Notes under the pieces: generated by a model
Databases searched by the model: none
The model's input: only the letters and a program-made list of their open reading frames with translations
What the model was told of the DNA's origin: nothing
Shown here: piece by piece, positions 19,695 to 28,138 of the stretch
Layout: each line of letters begins with the position of its first letter
Position numbering within the stretch: the stretch's first letter is position 1
NCBI RefSeq assembly: GCF_042180575.1
Contig: NZ_CP170094.1
Span: 1,912,604 to 1,976,603 of the forward strand
Origin: Bernardetia sp. OM2101
GTDB taxonomy: Bacteria; Bacteroidota; Bacteroidia; Cytophagales; Bernardetiaceae
Length of the DNA: 64,000 nt
Reading direction: 5' to 3'
Translations under genes and position numbers: made by a program

Positions 19695-20729
19695 ATGTTT
19701 AGAAAAGCACATTTTAATCTTTTATTTTGGATAGGAATAAGTACTCTTAGCCTCACTATTTTTAGTTGTCAAACAAAGAAAAGCGAAATAAGTCAGAATA
19801 GCGAATCTAGCACTAGAAATTTTGGAACAAAAGACAAAATAATTTTAGATTCAGACCCAAGTAAAGAAATTAACTTAGAAGACGACAAACAAAATTTTGA
19901 CGCTTTTATGAAAATTAGAAGCTCTATTGAAGGTTTGGATAGTTCGAATCAAACAAAAGAAAGTATTTACTATTGGGAAGGAAGTATTTATTCTTTCATT
20001 GATGGTCAGCGTAGTAAAAAGATACTGGGAATGAAAGGTTTTAGTGTATCAAGATGGCTAAAGACAGATTCTTCAAGACAATTATTGACTAGAGAAGTCG
20101 CTTTATATACAGACCCAAAAACAGGAAAGATTTTGGAGAAGATGAACAATCCTCTTTTAGATGAAAAAATTGATTCCGTGGAAATTATTCATGTTTGGAA
20201 TAACCCTGTAAATCAACGATTCCCATATAACATCAAAGAAAACTATGAACAAAACCATAAGGAAAGTACAGTTTATGGCATTCCTTATAGTGAATTAGGC
20301 GAAGATATTGTTTGTTTTTATGCTGATATTTTTCTGACTTATCCGTCACTTATCACTCGCAAAGAATTTCCTCAAAATGTACAAAGTGATTTGTATCAAG
20401 GTGCAGAATTATTTCAGTTTTTTGTAAAAAAATCAGATTTAGAAAATCCAATGCTGACAGATGTTCCTGCTACTATTTCTTGGACACGTATAGGACAATG
20501 GCTTCCTTTTATGAATATGGGTGATAGAAAAGGGTATTTGGTATATCAGTGTAGAGGTTATAAAGTTTTGGAAGGGTTTGAAGGGTTGCCAAAAGATGTA
20601 AAAGACTATGTAAGAGCAAAACAACCTATTTTTGAACACGCTCCGACAGAATATTCTCAACCAAATGAAACGAGTTGGTCATATTTTAAGAAGGTTAAGG
20701 AGAATAAAAAAATAGAGATTGGAGAATAA
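19695..20729 (+). CDS. Hypothetical lipoprotein; start placed at MFRKAHFNLLFWIGISTLSLTIFSCQ
   Basis: Lipoprotein signal peptide with Cys after the h-region; the ORF-track start at 19494 overlaps the divergent gene. Confidence 0.5.
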   Translation: MFRKAHFNLLFWIGISTLSLTIFSCQTKKSEISQNSESSTRNFGTKDKIILDSDPSKEINLEDDKQNFDAFMKIRSSIEGLDSSNQTKESIYYWEGSIYSFIDGQRSKKILGMKGFSVSRWLKTDSSRQLLTREVALYTDPKTGKILEKMNNPLLDEKIDSVEIIHVWNNPVNQRFPYNIKENYEQNHKESTVYGIPYSELGEDIVCFYADIFLTYPSLITRKEFPQNVQSDLYQGAELFQFFVKKSDLENPMLTDVPATISWTRIGQWLPFMNMGDRKGYLVYQCRGYKVLEGFEGLPKDVKDYVRAKQPIFEHAPTEYSQPNETSWSYFKKVKENKKIEIGE

Positions 20730-20766
20730 AAAATTTTATTTCCATGCAGACTGTACCTATACTTAA

Positions 20767-22578
20767 TTATTTCCCCTTCTTTATCGTATTTGGTAACTTC
20801 TTCTTTTTACTTACTTGTGAAAGCAAAATGGCAGGTAAAAGACTTACCAAAATAATTAGTAATGCAGGCAAAGCTGATTGAGCTACAAATTCTTGGTCTG
20901 CAAGTTCGTAGGCTTTTGTAGCAAGTGTATCATAATTAAAAGGGCGTAAAATAAGTGTCAGAGGTAATTCTTTACTCACATCTACAAAAACCAAAAGTAA
21001 AGCTGTCAGCATAGCAGGGCGAAGAAGTGGTAAAGTTATTTTGAAAAATGTCTGTGTCGAATTTTTACCTAACATTTTTGATGCAGACTCTAAAGAACTT
21101 CCTATTTTAATTAATTGACTTTCAACAGGTTGAAAACCAACCGACAAAAAACGAACAGAATACGCATAAATCAAAGAAACGACAGTTCCAGAAACAAACA
21201 AACCGATTTTTATATCAAAATTATTAAGTAAAAAGGAATATAACTTTTTATCAATCCAAAGAAAAACACCCAAAACTCCCACAGCAATCACAGCCCCTGG
21301 AACAGCATAACCCATAGTAGCAATTCGACTGATAGATTTTTGAAAGAATAATGAAAAAGGGTAATTTTTGATGTAACGAATAAAACTGTAATAATTTATT
21401 TTTTTGCCATTGTTGTTATCGTTACCTCTGCCGTTGTCCCCACTGACGAATACACTACCCCTCCTGCCGTTGTTGGTGTCCCCACCAACGACATGTAAAC
21501 TATTAATTCGTTTTTGAAAAAGACCTAATAAAATAGCTACAATCACAACTACAAAAGCACTTAAAAAAGCCAAAGTAATTGTATGAGAAGCCAAATCATA
21601 AATTTCTTGATTCAAAACTTCGCTTATTCCTTTATCTTGAAATTCTTTGACTGTCCAAAAAATAAGCTGCAAAACAGGAAACCCAAAGGCAAAACAAAAA
21701 ATAAAACTACAAAAAATTAAAGCGAGAGTTTGCTGATAAAAACTCAGTTTTTTTCTAGGCATTTGAGCCGTATTTTTATCATCTGAAAAACCCATCCTAC
21801 CACGTTGTTTTTTTTCCAAAATCACTAAGAAAACAATCACTCCCAAAAGACACAAAGCCAGTCGCAGAGCAGCCTTTACATCTCCAAACTTAGCCCACGC
21901 ACTAAAAATACCTGTTGTAAAAGTCTGGATTCCGTAATATTTGAATGTTCCGTATTCATTCAAAACTTCCATCAAGACAAGAAAAAGTCCACCAAAAATA
22001 AACGGACGAGCAAGTGGCAAAACAACCTTAAAAAAAGTATAGAAAGAGGATTTCCCTAGCATCTTTGAAGCCTCCCAAACACTTCCTAATTGATTCGAAA
22101 AAGCTGTTTTGCTTACTGCATAGACATACGGATAAAGAGCCAAAGACAAAATAAAAACACCTCCAAAATCTGACATAATTTGTACAGAAGGTAAATCATT
22201 TTCTCTCAAAAAAATACCAACTCCACCTGTATAAGAAAGTGTAGCAGCGTAAGTATAAGCCAAAATATAAGCAGGAATAGCAAGAGGCAATACCAACGCC
22301 CACTCAAAAAATTTACGTCCAAAAAAATCCGTTGTAGAAACAAGCCAAGCCGTCGGAACACCAAAAAAAAGCACTCCCACACTCACACCAAAAAGCATTT
22401 TGAGAGAGCCTAATGTATAATCCAATAAAAGATTTTTGGCAATATGATTCCAAGCTGTACTACTTTCACCATCAAAAGCTGTAAAAAGATACAAAATTGG
22501 CATACTCCACACCAAAAGAAGCCCAATTACTAAAAAATAAGACAAGAAAGAAGAAAAAATCGATTTTATTTTAGACAT
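20767..22578 (-). CDS. Fused two-domain ABC transporter permease (iron(III)/thiamine-type, FbpB/ThiP-like)
   Basis: Two tandem permease domains with EAA-like loops; contains an unusual G/N/D/R-rich low-complexity insert. Confidence 0.7.
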   Translation of the reverse strand: MSKIKSIFSSFLSYFLVIGLLLVWSMPILYLFTAFDGESSTAWNHIAKNLLLDYTLGSLKMLFGVSVGVLFFGVPTAWLVSTTDFFGRKFFEWALVLPLAIPAYILAYTYAATLSYTGGVGIFLRENDLPSVQIMSDFGGVFILSLALYPYVYAVSKTAFSNQLGSVWEASKMLGKSSFYTFFKVVLPLARPFIFGGLFLVLMEVLNEYGTFKYYGIQTFTTGIFSAWAKFGDVKAALRLALCLLGVIVFLVILEKKQRGRMGFSDDKNTAQMPRKKLSFYQQTLALIFCSFIFCFAFGFPVLQLIFWTVKEFQDKGISEVLNQEIYDLASHTITLAFLSAFVVVIVAILLGLFQKRINSLHVVGGDTNNGRRGSVFVSGDNGRGNDNNNGKKINYYSFIRYIKNYPFSLFFQKSISRIATMGYAVPGAVIAVGVLGVFLWIDKKLYSFLLNNFDIKIGLFVSGTVVSLIYAYSVRFLSVGFQPVESQLIKIGSSLESASKMLGKNSTQTFFKITLPLLRPAMLTALLLVFVDVSKELPLTLILRPFNYDTLATKAYELADQEFVAQSALPALLIILVSLLPAILLSQVSKKKKLPNTIKKGK

Positions 22579-22658
22579 TTAGATAAAATTCAATACTTTT
22601 TGCTAATTTTGTGAGCAGAATAATTTATCTTACAAAGGTAAAAAACTATTGATTATTT

Positions 22659-22691
22659 AAACCTATAAGGTTTTGAAAACCTTATAGGTTT
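22659..22691. promoter_or_regulatory. Perfect 33-bp palindrome AAACCTATAAGGTTTT-GA-AAAACCTTATAGGTTT in the divergent permease/recN promoter region
   Basis: Read directly; lies between the divergent starts at 22578 (-) and 22779 (+), so it is a candidate operator. Confidence 0.5.
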
Positions 22692-22778
22692 GTGTATTTT
22701 TAGTCTATTAAAAAAACATTCTAGTTATCTTTCAACCGTTGCTTGTGTTCCACGAGCGACAGTTTAATAAAAAATACT

Positions 22779-24434
22779 ATGCTCAAACATTTGCTTATCG
22801 ATAATTATGCGCTCATAGAGCATTTAGAAATCCAGCCAGATTCTCATCTCAACGTCATTACAGGCGAAACAGGTGCAGGAAAATCTATCTTGCGTGGTGC
22901 ATTAGGACTTTTGGCAGGAAACCGAGCAGACACAAAAGTGCTTCTCAATCCTGATGGCAAATGTGTCATTGAAGGTACTTTTGATATTGCAAATTATAAC
23001 CTTAAAAAAGTTTTTGAGAAAGAAGATGTAGAATACGACACAACATGTATTATCAGAAGGCAAATTTCGCCAAATGGTCGTTCAAGAGCTTTCATTAATG
23101 ATACACCTGTTCCTTTAGATTCACTCAAAAAAATTGCTGTTCGTTTGATGGATATTCACGCCCAACACGATACTATGCAGCTTTTTTCGAATGATTATCA
23201 GAGAGATGTTTTGGATTTGTATGCCAATACAAAAACACTTTTGGAGATGTATGGACATGAGTTTAAGCAATACAGAAAAATCATAAAGAAATATGAAGAG
23301 CTAAAAAATGAAGAGATACGACTTCGAAAAGAGTACGATTATAACATGCATCTTTTGGAAGAACTAGAAAAAGCAGATTTAGAAAAAATAAATAAAGAAG
23401 AACTAGAACAAGAGTTAGAACGCCTTGAAAATGTAGATTTTATCCGAACTCAAATGTCGATTGCCTTTAATTCTTTGTCTGATGAAGAATATTCGGCTGA
23501 AAATATTTTGAGAGAAGCTGTTCATGCGCTTTCAAAAACGAGTTCTTTTTCACCTTCTTTCAATGCACTTTATGAGCGTTTGAATAGTGCTATGATAGAA
23601 ATTCAAGATATTTCGAAAGAAATTGAAATCGAATCTGGTGAGTTAGTAACAGACGAAGAAACGGCAGGAATTGTAAAACAAATTTTGAGTGCTTTGTATC
23701 ATTTGGAAAACAAACACAATGTTCAGAGCAGTGAAGAATTAATACAAATTCGTGATGAAATTGCTGATAAAGTAAGAAAAGTAGAAAATTTTGATGATGA
23801 TTTGAAAGACTTAAAAGAAGAGATTTTAAGAAGTAAATCCTATTTGACAGATTTAGCAAATCAACTTACCGAACAAAGAAAGTCAGTTGTAGAAGATACA
23901 CAAAATGAAATAAATTACCTTTTGGGAGACTTAGGAATGCCAAATGCTCGTTTTCAAATCGAAATTACGCCTATTTCTCTTAGCCCATCTGGTGCTGATT
24001 TGGTAGAATTTTGGTTTTCAGCAAATAAAGGAATTTCTCCACAGCCATTGAAAGATGTCGCTTCTGGTGGAGAATTTTCTCGTTTGATGTTGTGTATAAA
24101 ATACCGTTTGGCAAAACACATTTCACTTCCTACACTCGTTTTTGATGAAATTGATACAGGTATTTCGGGAGAAATTGCCCTCAAAATGGGTAAAATCATT
24201 CAAGATATGTCCAAAACACACCAAGTTTTGATTATTAGTCATTTACCACAAGTTGCCTCACAGGGAAGTACACATTATTTTATTTACAAAGACAACTCAT
24301 CTGACCGTACTGTTTCAAGAATCAAAAAACTCTCAAACGATGAGCGAGTAAAAGAAATTGCTCAAATGATTGGAGGTTCTACGCCAAGTACGAGTACGTA
24401 TAATAGCGCAAAGGAACTTTTGCAAGTGAAATAA
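22779..24434 (+). CDS. recN: DNA repair protein RecN; start placed at MLKHLLIDNYALIEHLEI
   Basis: Walker A GETGAGKS, long coiled-coil middle region, C-terminal SGGE signature and Walker B. Confidence 0.9.
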   Translation: MLKHLLIDNYALIEHLEIQPDSHLNVITGETGAGKSILRGALGLLAGNRADTKVLLNPDGKCVIEGTFDIANYNLKKVFEKEDVEYDTTCIIRRQISPNGRSRAFINDTPVPLDSLKKIAVRLMDIHAQHDTMQLFSNDYQRDVLDLYANTKTLLEMYGHEFKQYRKIIKKYEELKNEEIRLRKEYDYNMHLLEELEKADLEKINKEELEQELERLENVDFIRTQMSIAFNSLSDEEYSAENILREAVHALSKTSSFSPSFNALYERLNSAMIEIQDISKEIEIESGELVTDEETAGIVKQILSALYHLENKHNVQSSEELIQIRDEIADKVRKVENFDDDLKDLKEEILRSKSYLTDLANQLTEQRKSVVEDTQNEINYLLGDLGMPNARFQIEITPISLSPSGADLVEFWFSANKGISPQPLKDVASGGEFSRLMLCIKYRLAKHISLPTLVFDEIDTGISGEIALKMGKIIQDMSKTHQVLIISHLPQVASQGSTHYFIYKDNSSDRTVSRIKKLSNDERVKEIAQMIGGSTPSTSTYNSAKELLQVK

Positions 24435-24464
24435 AAAGAATCATTTATTTTTACAAAAAAAATC

Positions 24465-25313
24465 ATGAAAATACCTAAGTACGATAAATTTATAATTCCA
24501 ACTTTGAAAGCATTAAAAAAACTTGGTGGTTCAGGTTCTATTGATGAAATTAATGAAACTGTGTATTTACTTGCAGAATTATCAGAAGAAATTTTGGAAG
24601 TTCAACACGATGAAAATGGCGTGCAAAGTGAGGTTGATTATCGTTTAGCTTGGGCAAGAACATACTTAAAGAAATATGGAGTTATAGAAAATTCTTCTCG
24701 TGGTGTTTGGTCATTAATAGATAATGAACTAGCCCCAGAAACTTTCAATTCTGATGAAATTGTAAAAAAAGTAAGAGAACTGACTTATCAAAGTAGAAAA
24801 GAGAAAAATACAAACATAAAAAACGAAGCAAAAGAAGAGGTAGAAGAAAATATAGACTGGAAAGAAAATTTAATATCAACTATCCTACAAATCGAACCCT
24901 CAGCTTTTGAAAGGCTTTGTCAAAGGATTCTTAGAGAAAGTGGTTTTGTGCAAGTGGAAGTAACTGGAAAAAGTGGAGATGGAGGAATTGATGGTAAAGG
25001 TATTGTTAGAATGAATGGTTTCTTGAGTTTTCACGTATTCTTTCAATCTAAGAGATATAAAGGCTCTGTTGGTTCGGGTGATGTGAGAGATTTCAGAGGT
25101 GCAATGCAAGGAAGAGCAGACAAAGGTCTTTTTATAACAACAGGAAATTTCACAAGAGAAGCTGTAAAAGAAGCCACTAGAGATGGTGCGCCTCCTATTG
25201 ATTTAATTGATGGAGATTTATTATGTGATAAATTGAAGGAGCTTTCATTAGGGGTTAAAACAGAACTTATAGAGGAGGTTTCAATTAATACAGAGTGGTT
25301 TAAGAGAATATGA
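24465..25313 (+). CDS. Mrr-like type IV restriction endonuclease (N-terminal winged helix plus Mrr_cat domain)
   Basis: MKIPKYDKFIIPTLKALKKLGGSGSIDEI N-terminus and C-terminal catalytic region FERLCQRILRESGF..GKSGDGGIDG. Confidence 0.75.
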   Translation: MKIPKYDKFIIPTLKALKKLGGSGSIDEINETVYLLAELSEEILEVQHDENGVQSEVDYRLAWARTYLKKYGVIENSSRGVWSLIDNELAPETFNSDEIVKKVRELTYQSRKEKNTNIKNEAKEEVEENIDWKENLISTILQIEPSAFERLCQRILRESGFVQVEVTGKSGDGGIDGKGIVRMNGFLSFHVFFQSKRYKGSVGSGDVRDFRGAMQGRADKGLFITTGNFTREAVKEATRDGAPPIDLIDGDLLCDKLKELSLGVKTELIEEVSINTEWFKRI

Positions 25314-25485
25314 ATATGGTATTTCTGATACAATTAGCTCAGTAAAACATCAAGATATAAAGTGAGTAATTTTTATTTCAACTCTTATTTATTTTCAAAT
25401 AAAACTAACTTTACATAAAAAATAAAATCTAGCATTGTCAGACGCTTTCATAAGTGTCAGACAATTTTAAAATATATAAACTGTA

Positions 25486-26655
25486 ATGATAGATATTTCA
25501 AAAATTCCTTCGCCTTGTTTTGTTTTGGAAGAAAAACTCCTTCGCCGAAATTTAGAAATTTTGGATAGTGTACAAAAGCAAACAGGAGCGCATATTATTT
25601 GTGCTTTAAAAGGCTTTTCGATGTTTAGTACATTTCCTTTGGTGCGCCAGTATTTACATGGTTGTACATCTAGTTCGCTTTATGAAGCTCGTTTGGCTTT
25701 TGAGGAATTTGGACAAGAAGTTCACGCCTACGCACCTGCTTATACAGATAAAGAATTTGACGAAATAATGACGTATGTAAATCATATTAGTTTCAATTCT
25801 CTTTCTCAATATGAACGTTTCAAAGATAAATTAGCCAAAAACGAAGCAAAAACAAGCAAAAAAATATCAGCAGGTTTGCGTATCAATCCCGAATATTCAG
25901 AAGTAGAAACCGATTTATACAATCCTTGTGTGCCAGGTTCCAGGTTCGGACTCACTTTTGATAAAATAGGCGAAAACCTTCCAGAAGGAATTGAAGGATT
26001 ACATTTTCATACACTTTGTGAGCAAGGTTCGGATACATTAGAGCGCACACTTATTCATGTAGAAGAAAAATTTGGACATCTTTTGCATCAAGCAAAATGG
26101 CTTAATATGGGTGGTGGGCATCATATCACTAGAAAAGATTATGATGTAGAGCTTTTAGTAAAACTACTCAATAGAATAAAAGAAAAATATAATGTTCAAA
26201 TTATCCTAGAACCAGGGGAAGCTATCGGTTGGCAAACAGGTTATTTGGTGGCTTCTGTTCAAGATGTGATGGATAGTAGAGGGATTGAGGTCGCTATTTT
26301 AGATGTTTCTTTCACGGCTCACATGCCAGACTGTTTGGAAATGCCCTATAAACCTAAAATTTGGAATGCAGAAGATGCTACTACAAGTTCGAAGAGTGAA
26401 GGAAAATACGTTTATCGTTTTGGTGGCTCTACGTGTTTGGCAGGAGATTTTATCGGAATGGGAGATTATGCCTTTGAAAATGAATTGAAAATTAATGATA
26501 AAATAGTTTTTGATGATATGATTCATTACACAATGGTCAAAACTTCTACTTTTAATGGCGTTCCACATCCAAGTATTGGCATTTGGAAAGAAAGCAATGA
26601 ATTTCAATTAGTTAGAGAAATTGGTTATGAAATGTTTAAGAATAAATTGTCTTAG
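25486..26655 (+). CDS. nspC: Carboxynorspermidine/carboxyspermidine decarboxylase
   Basis: 389-aa PLP-fold decarboxylase with an NspC-type N-terminus (..PSPCFVLEEKLLRRNLEIL..). Confidence 0.7.
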   Translation: MIDISKIPSPCFVLEEKLLRRNLEILDSVQKQTGAHIICALKGFSMFSTFPLVRQYLHGCTSSSLYEARLAFEEFGQEVHAYAPAYTDKEFDEIMTYVNHISFNSLSQYERFKDKLAKNEAKTSKKISAGLRINPEYSEVETDLYNPCVPGSRFGLTFDKIGENLPEGIEGLHFHTLCEQGSDTLERTLIHVEEKFGHLLHQAKWLNMGGGHHITRKDYDVELLVKLLNRIKEKYNVQIILEPGEAIGWQTGYLVASVQDVMDSRGIEVAILDVSFTAHMPDCLEMPYKPKIWNAEDATTSSKSEGKYVYRFGGSTCLAGDFIGMGDYAFENELKINDKIVFDDMIHYTMVKTSTFNGVPHPSIGIWKESNEFQLVREIGYEMFKNKLS

Positions 26656-26717
26656 AACAAAAATAATTAAAGGTACGTTTATTTAAAAAATAAACGTACT
26701 CACAAATCAGAAAAAAT

Positions 26718-26933
26718 ATGAAAGACCAAGAAATATACTCAAAGCTATTTTTACTTAACTCTGACAACTTAAAACAAGAGTTATTAAATTTTATGGATTA
26801 TTTACTCACAAAACAGTTTTCAGAAACTAAGACAAAGAAAACTCCTCAATTTGGTTGTGCAAAAGGAAAATTCAGAATGAGTGATGATTTTGATGAACCT
26901 TTAGACCATTTTGACGAATATATGCCCAATTAA
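26718..26933 (+). CDS. Putative antitoxin (DUF2281-like) of the PIN toxin
   Basis: 71-aa protein immediately upstream of and co-directional with the PIN gene; C-terminal ..DDFDEPLDHFDEYM.. typical of DUF2281 antitoxins. Confidence 0.55.
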   Translation: MKDQEIYSKLFLLNSDNLKQELLNFMDYLLTKQFSETKTKKTPQFGCAKGKFRMSDDFDEPLDHFDEYMPN

Positions 26934-26945
26934 TCAAAAAATTGA

Positions 26946-27341
26946 ATGAATATTTTGCTAGATACACATGCTTTAATTTGGTTTTTTGAAGGCGATAAAA
27001 AATTAAGTAATAAGGCAAGAAAAACTATACAAGAACCGAAGAATACTATATTTGTGAGTGTAGTAAGTTTTTGGGAAATTGTTATTAAAATAAGTATAGA
27101 CAAATTGGAGATGGATTTGTCAATGGAAGAACTACAAAAATTAGTTTGGGAAAATGGAATACAAATCCTTCCTATAAAAATAGAACATACATTTTTGCTG
27201 AGAAATTTACCGTATTTTCATAAAGACCCATTTGATAGATTACTTTTTGTACAAGCATCATCTGAGAACATGAATTTGGTAAGTTGTGATGTTATTTTTG
27301 ATGATTACTTAGATAGCAGTTCAATTAGTAGAATTTGGTAG
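26946..27341 (+). CDS. PIN-domain toxin (VapC-like)
   Basis: MNILLDTHALIWFFEGDKKLS N-terminus with conserved Asp; 131 aa. Confidence 0.8.
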   Translation: MNILLDTHALIWFFEGDKKLSNKARKTIQEPKNTIFVSVVSFWEIVIKISIDKLEMDLSMEELQKLVWENGIQILPIKIEHTFLLRNLPYFHKDPFDRLLFVQASSENMNLVSCDVIFDDYLDSSSISRIW

Positions 27342-27366
27342 AACAAATTAAAAATCAATGATTAAA

Positions 27367-27519
27367 ATCGTTTTTGATGATATGATTCATTATACAATGG
27401 TCAAAACTTCTACTTTTAATGGAGTTTCTCATCCAAGTATCGGAATTTGGAAAGAAAGTAATGAATTTCAATTAGTTCGAGAAATTGGTTATGAAATGTT
27501 TAAGAATAAACTTTCTTAG
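27367..27519 (+). pseudogene. Orphan duplicate of the nspC 3' end (right-hand direct repeat of the cassette)
   Basis: Translates to ..VFDDMIHYTMVKTSTFNGVSHPSIGIWKESNEFQLVREIGYEMFKNKLS*, near-identical to the true nspC C-terminus; no upstream coding context. Confidence 0.8.
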
Positions 27520-27577
27520 AAAGAATCTGAAACACACTCTTTACAAAAAAAACTTTTTTCACAGAGTGTGTTTTTCC

Positions 27578-27859
27578 TTACTCACAGTCCAAATCCCTAA
27601 GTGTTTCTTGAAAAGAAGAAATATCAGCACTACTATAACAACCTGAAATATATGCTTCTAAAGCAGCTTTATAGGCATTACAGTTTGCAACTGAATTTGG
27701 GTCAGAAGAATAAGCTTGGGCAGTAACAGTAATATCATTGGCTAAAGAAATACAATCATTATTATTATCTTCATCTCTTTCACAAGAAGTCAAAGTACTT
27801 GAAAAAACTACTATTGTTACAATAAAGAATATTTTAGAAAAAAATTGAGGTAACTTCAT
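27578..27859 (-). CDS. Small secreted Cys-containing hypothetical protein
   Basis: Signal peptide with lipobox-like LTSC; 93 aa. Confidence 0.4.
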   Translation of the reverse strand: MKLPQFFSKIFFIVTIVVFSSTLTSCERDEDNNNDCISLANDITVTAQAYSSDPNSVANCNAYKAALEAYISGCYSSADISSFQETLRDLDCE

Positions 27860-28138
27860 TTTAATATCAGTTTGTGGTGTATCTAAAGTAAAATTAAACT
27901 TTTAGAGCTTTTATTATTGATTATTTGCTCTCAGTTTAAAGATACAAAATAGTTATCTAAATTTGGAGTACGACGATTTTCCCTTGTCTATAAAATACAA
28001 AATTCTCAATAGTCTTTTACAAAAAAAGCTCTTGATAATAGTTCAACTTGGATAGTTGTTGTTCCTTCTTACCTTTTTAAAAAGATAATTCAAGATTTTC
28101 CCCTTTTTTTATTCATTAAATTTGAGTTTTTTTGTAAG

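Larger units (their letters stand above)
26656..27366 (+). mobile_element. Inserted two-gene toxin-antitoxin cassette flanked by roughly 153-bp direct repeats of the nspC 3' end
   Basis: The nspC 3' end (26503-26655) is repeated at 27367-27519 with scattered mismatches; the cassette between them carries the antitoxin and PIN toxin genes. Confidence 0.75.

Noticed and set aside
27367-27519. Second nspC-like gene downstream of the PIN toxin
   Set aside because: Only the last roughly 50 codons are present, with no start or upstream coding sequence. It is the right-hand direct repeat of the cassette, not a gene.
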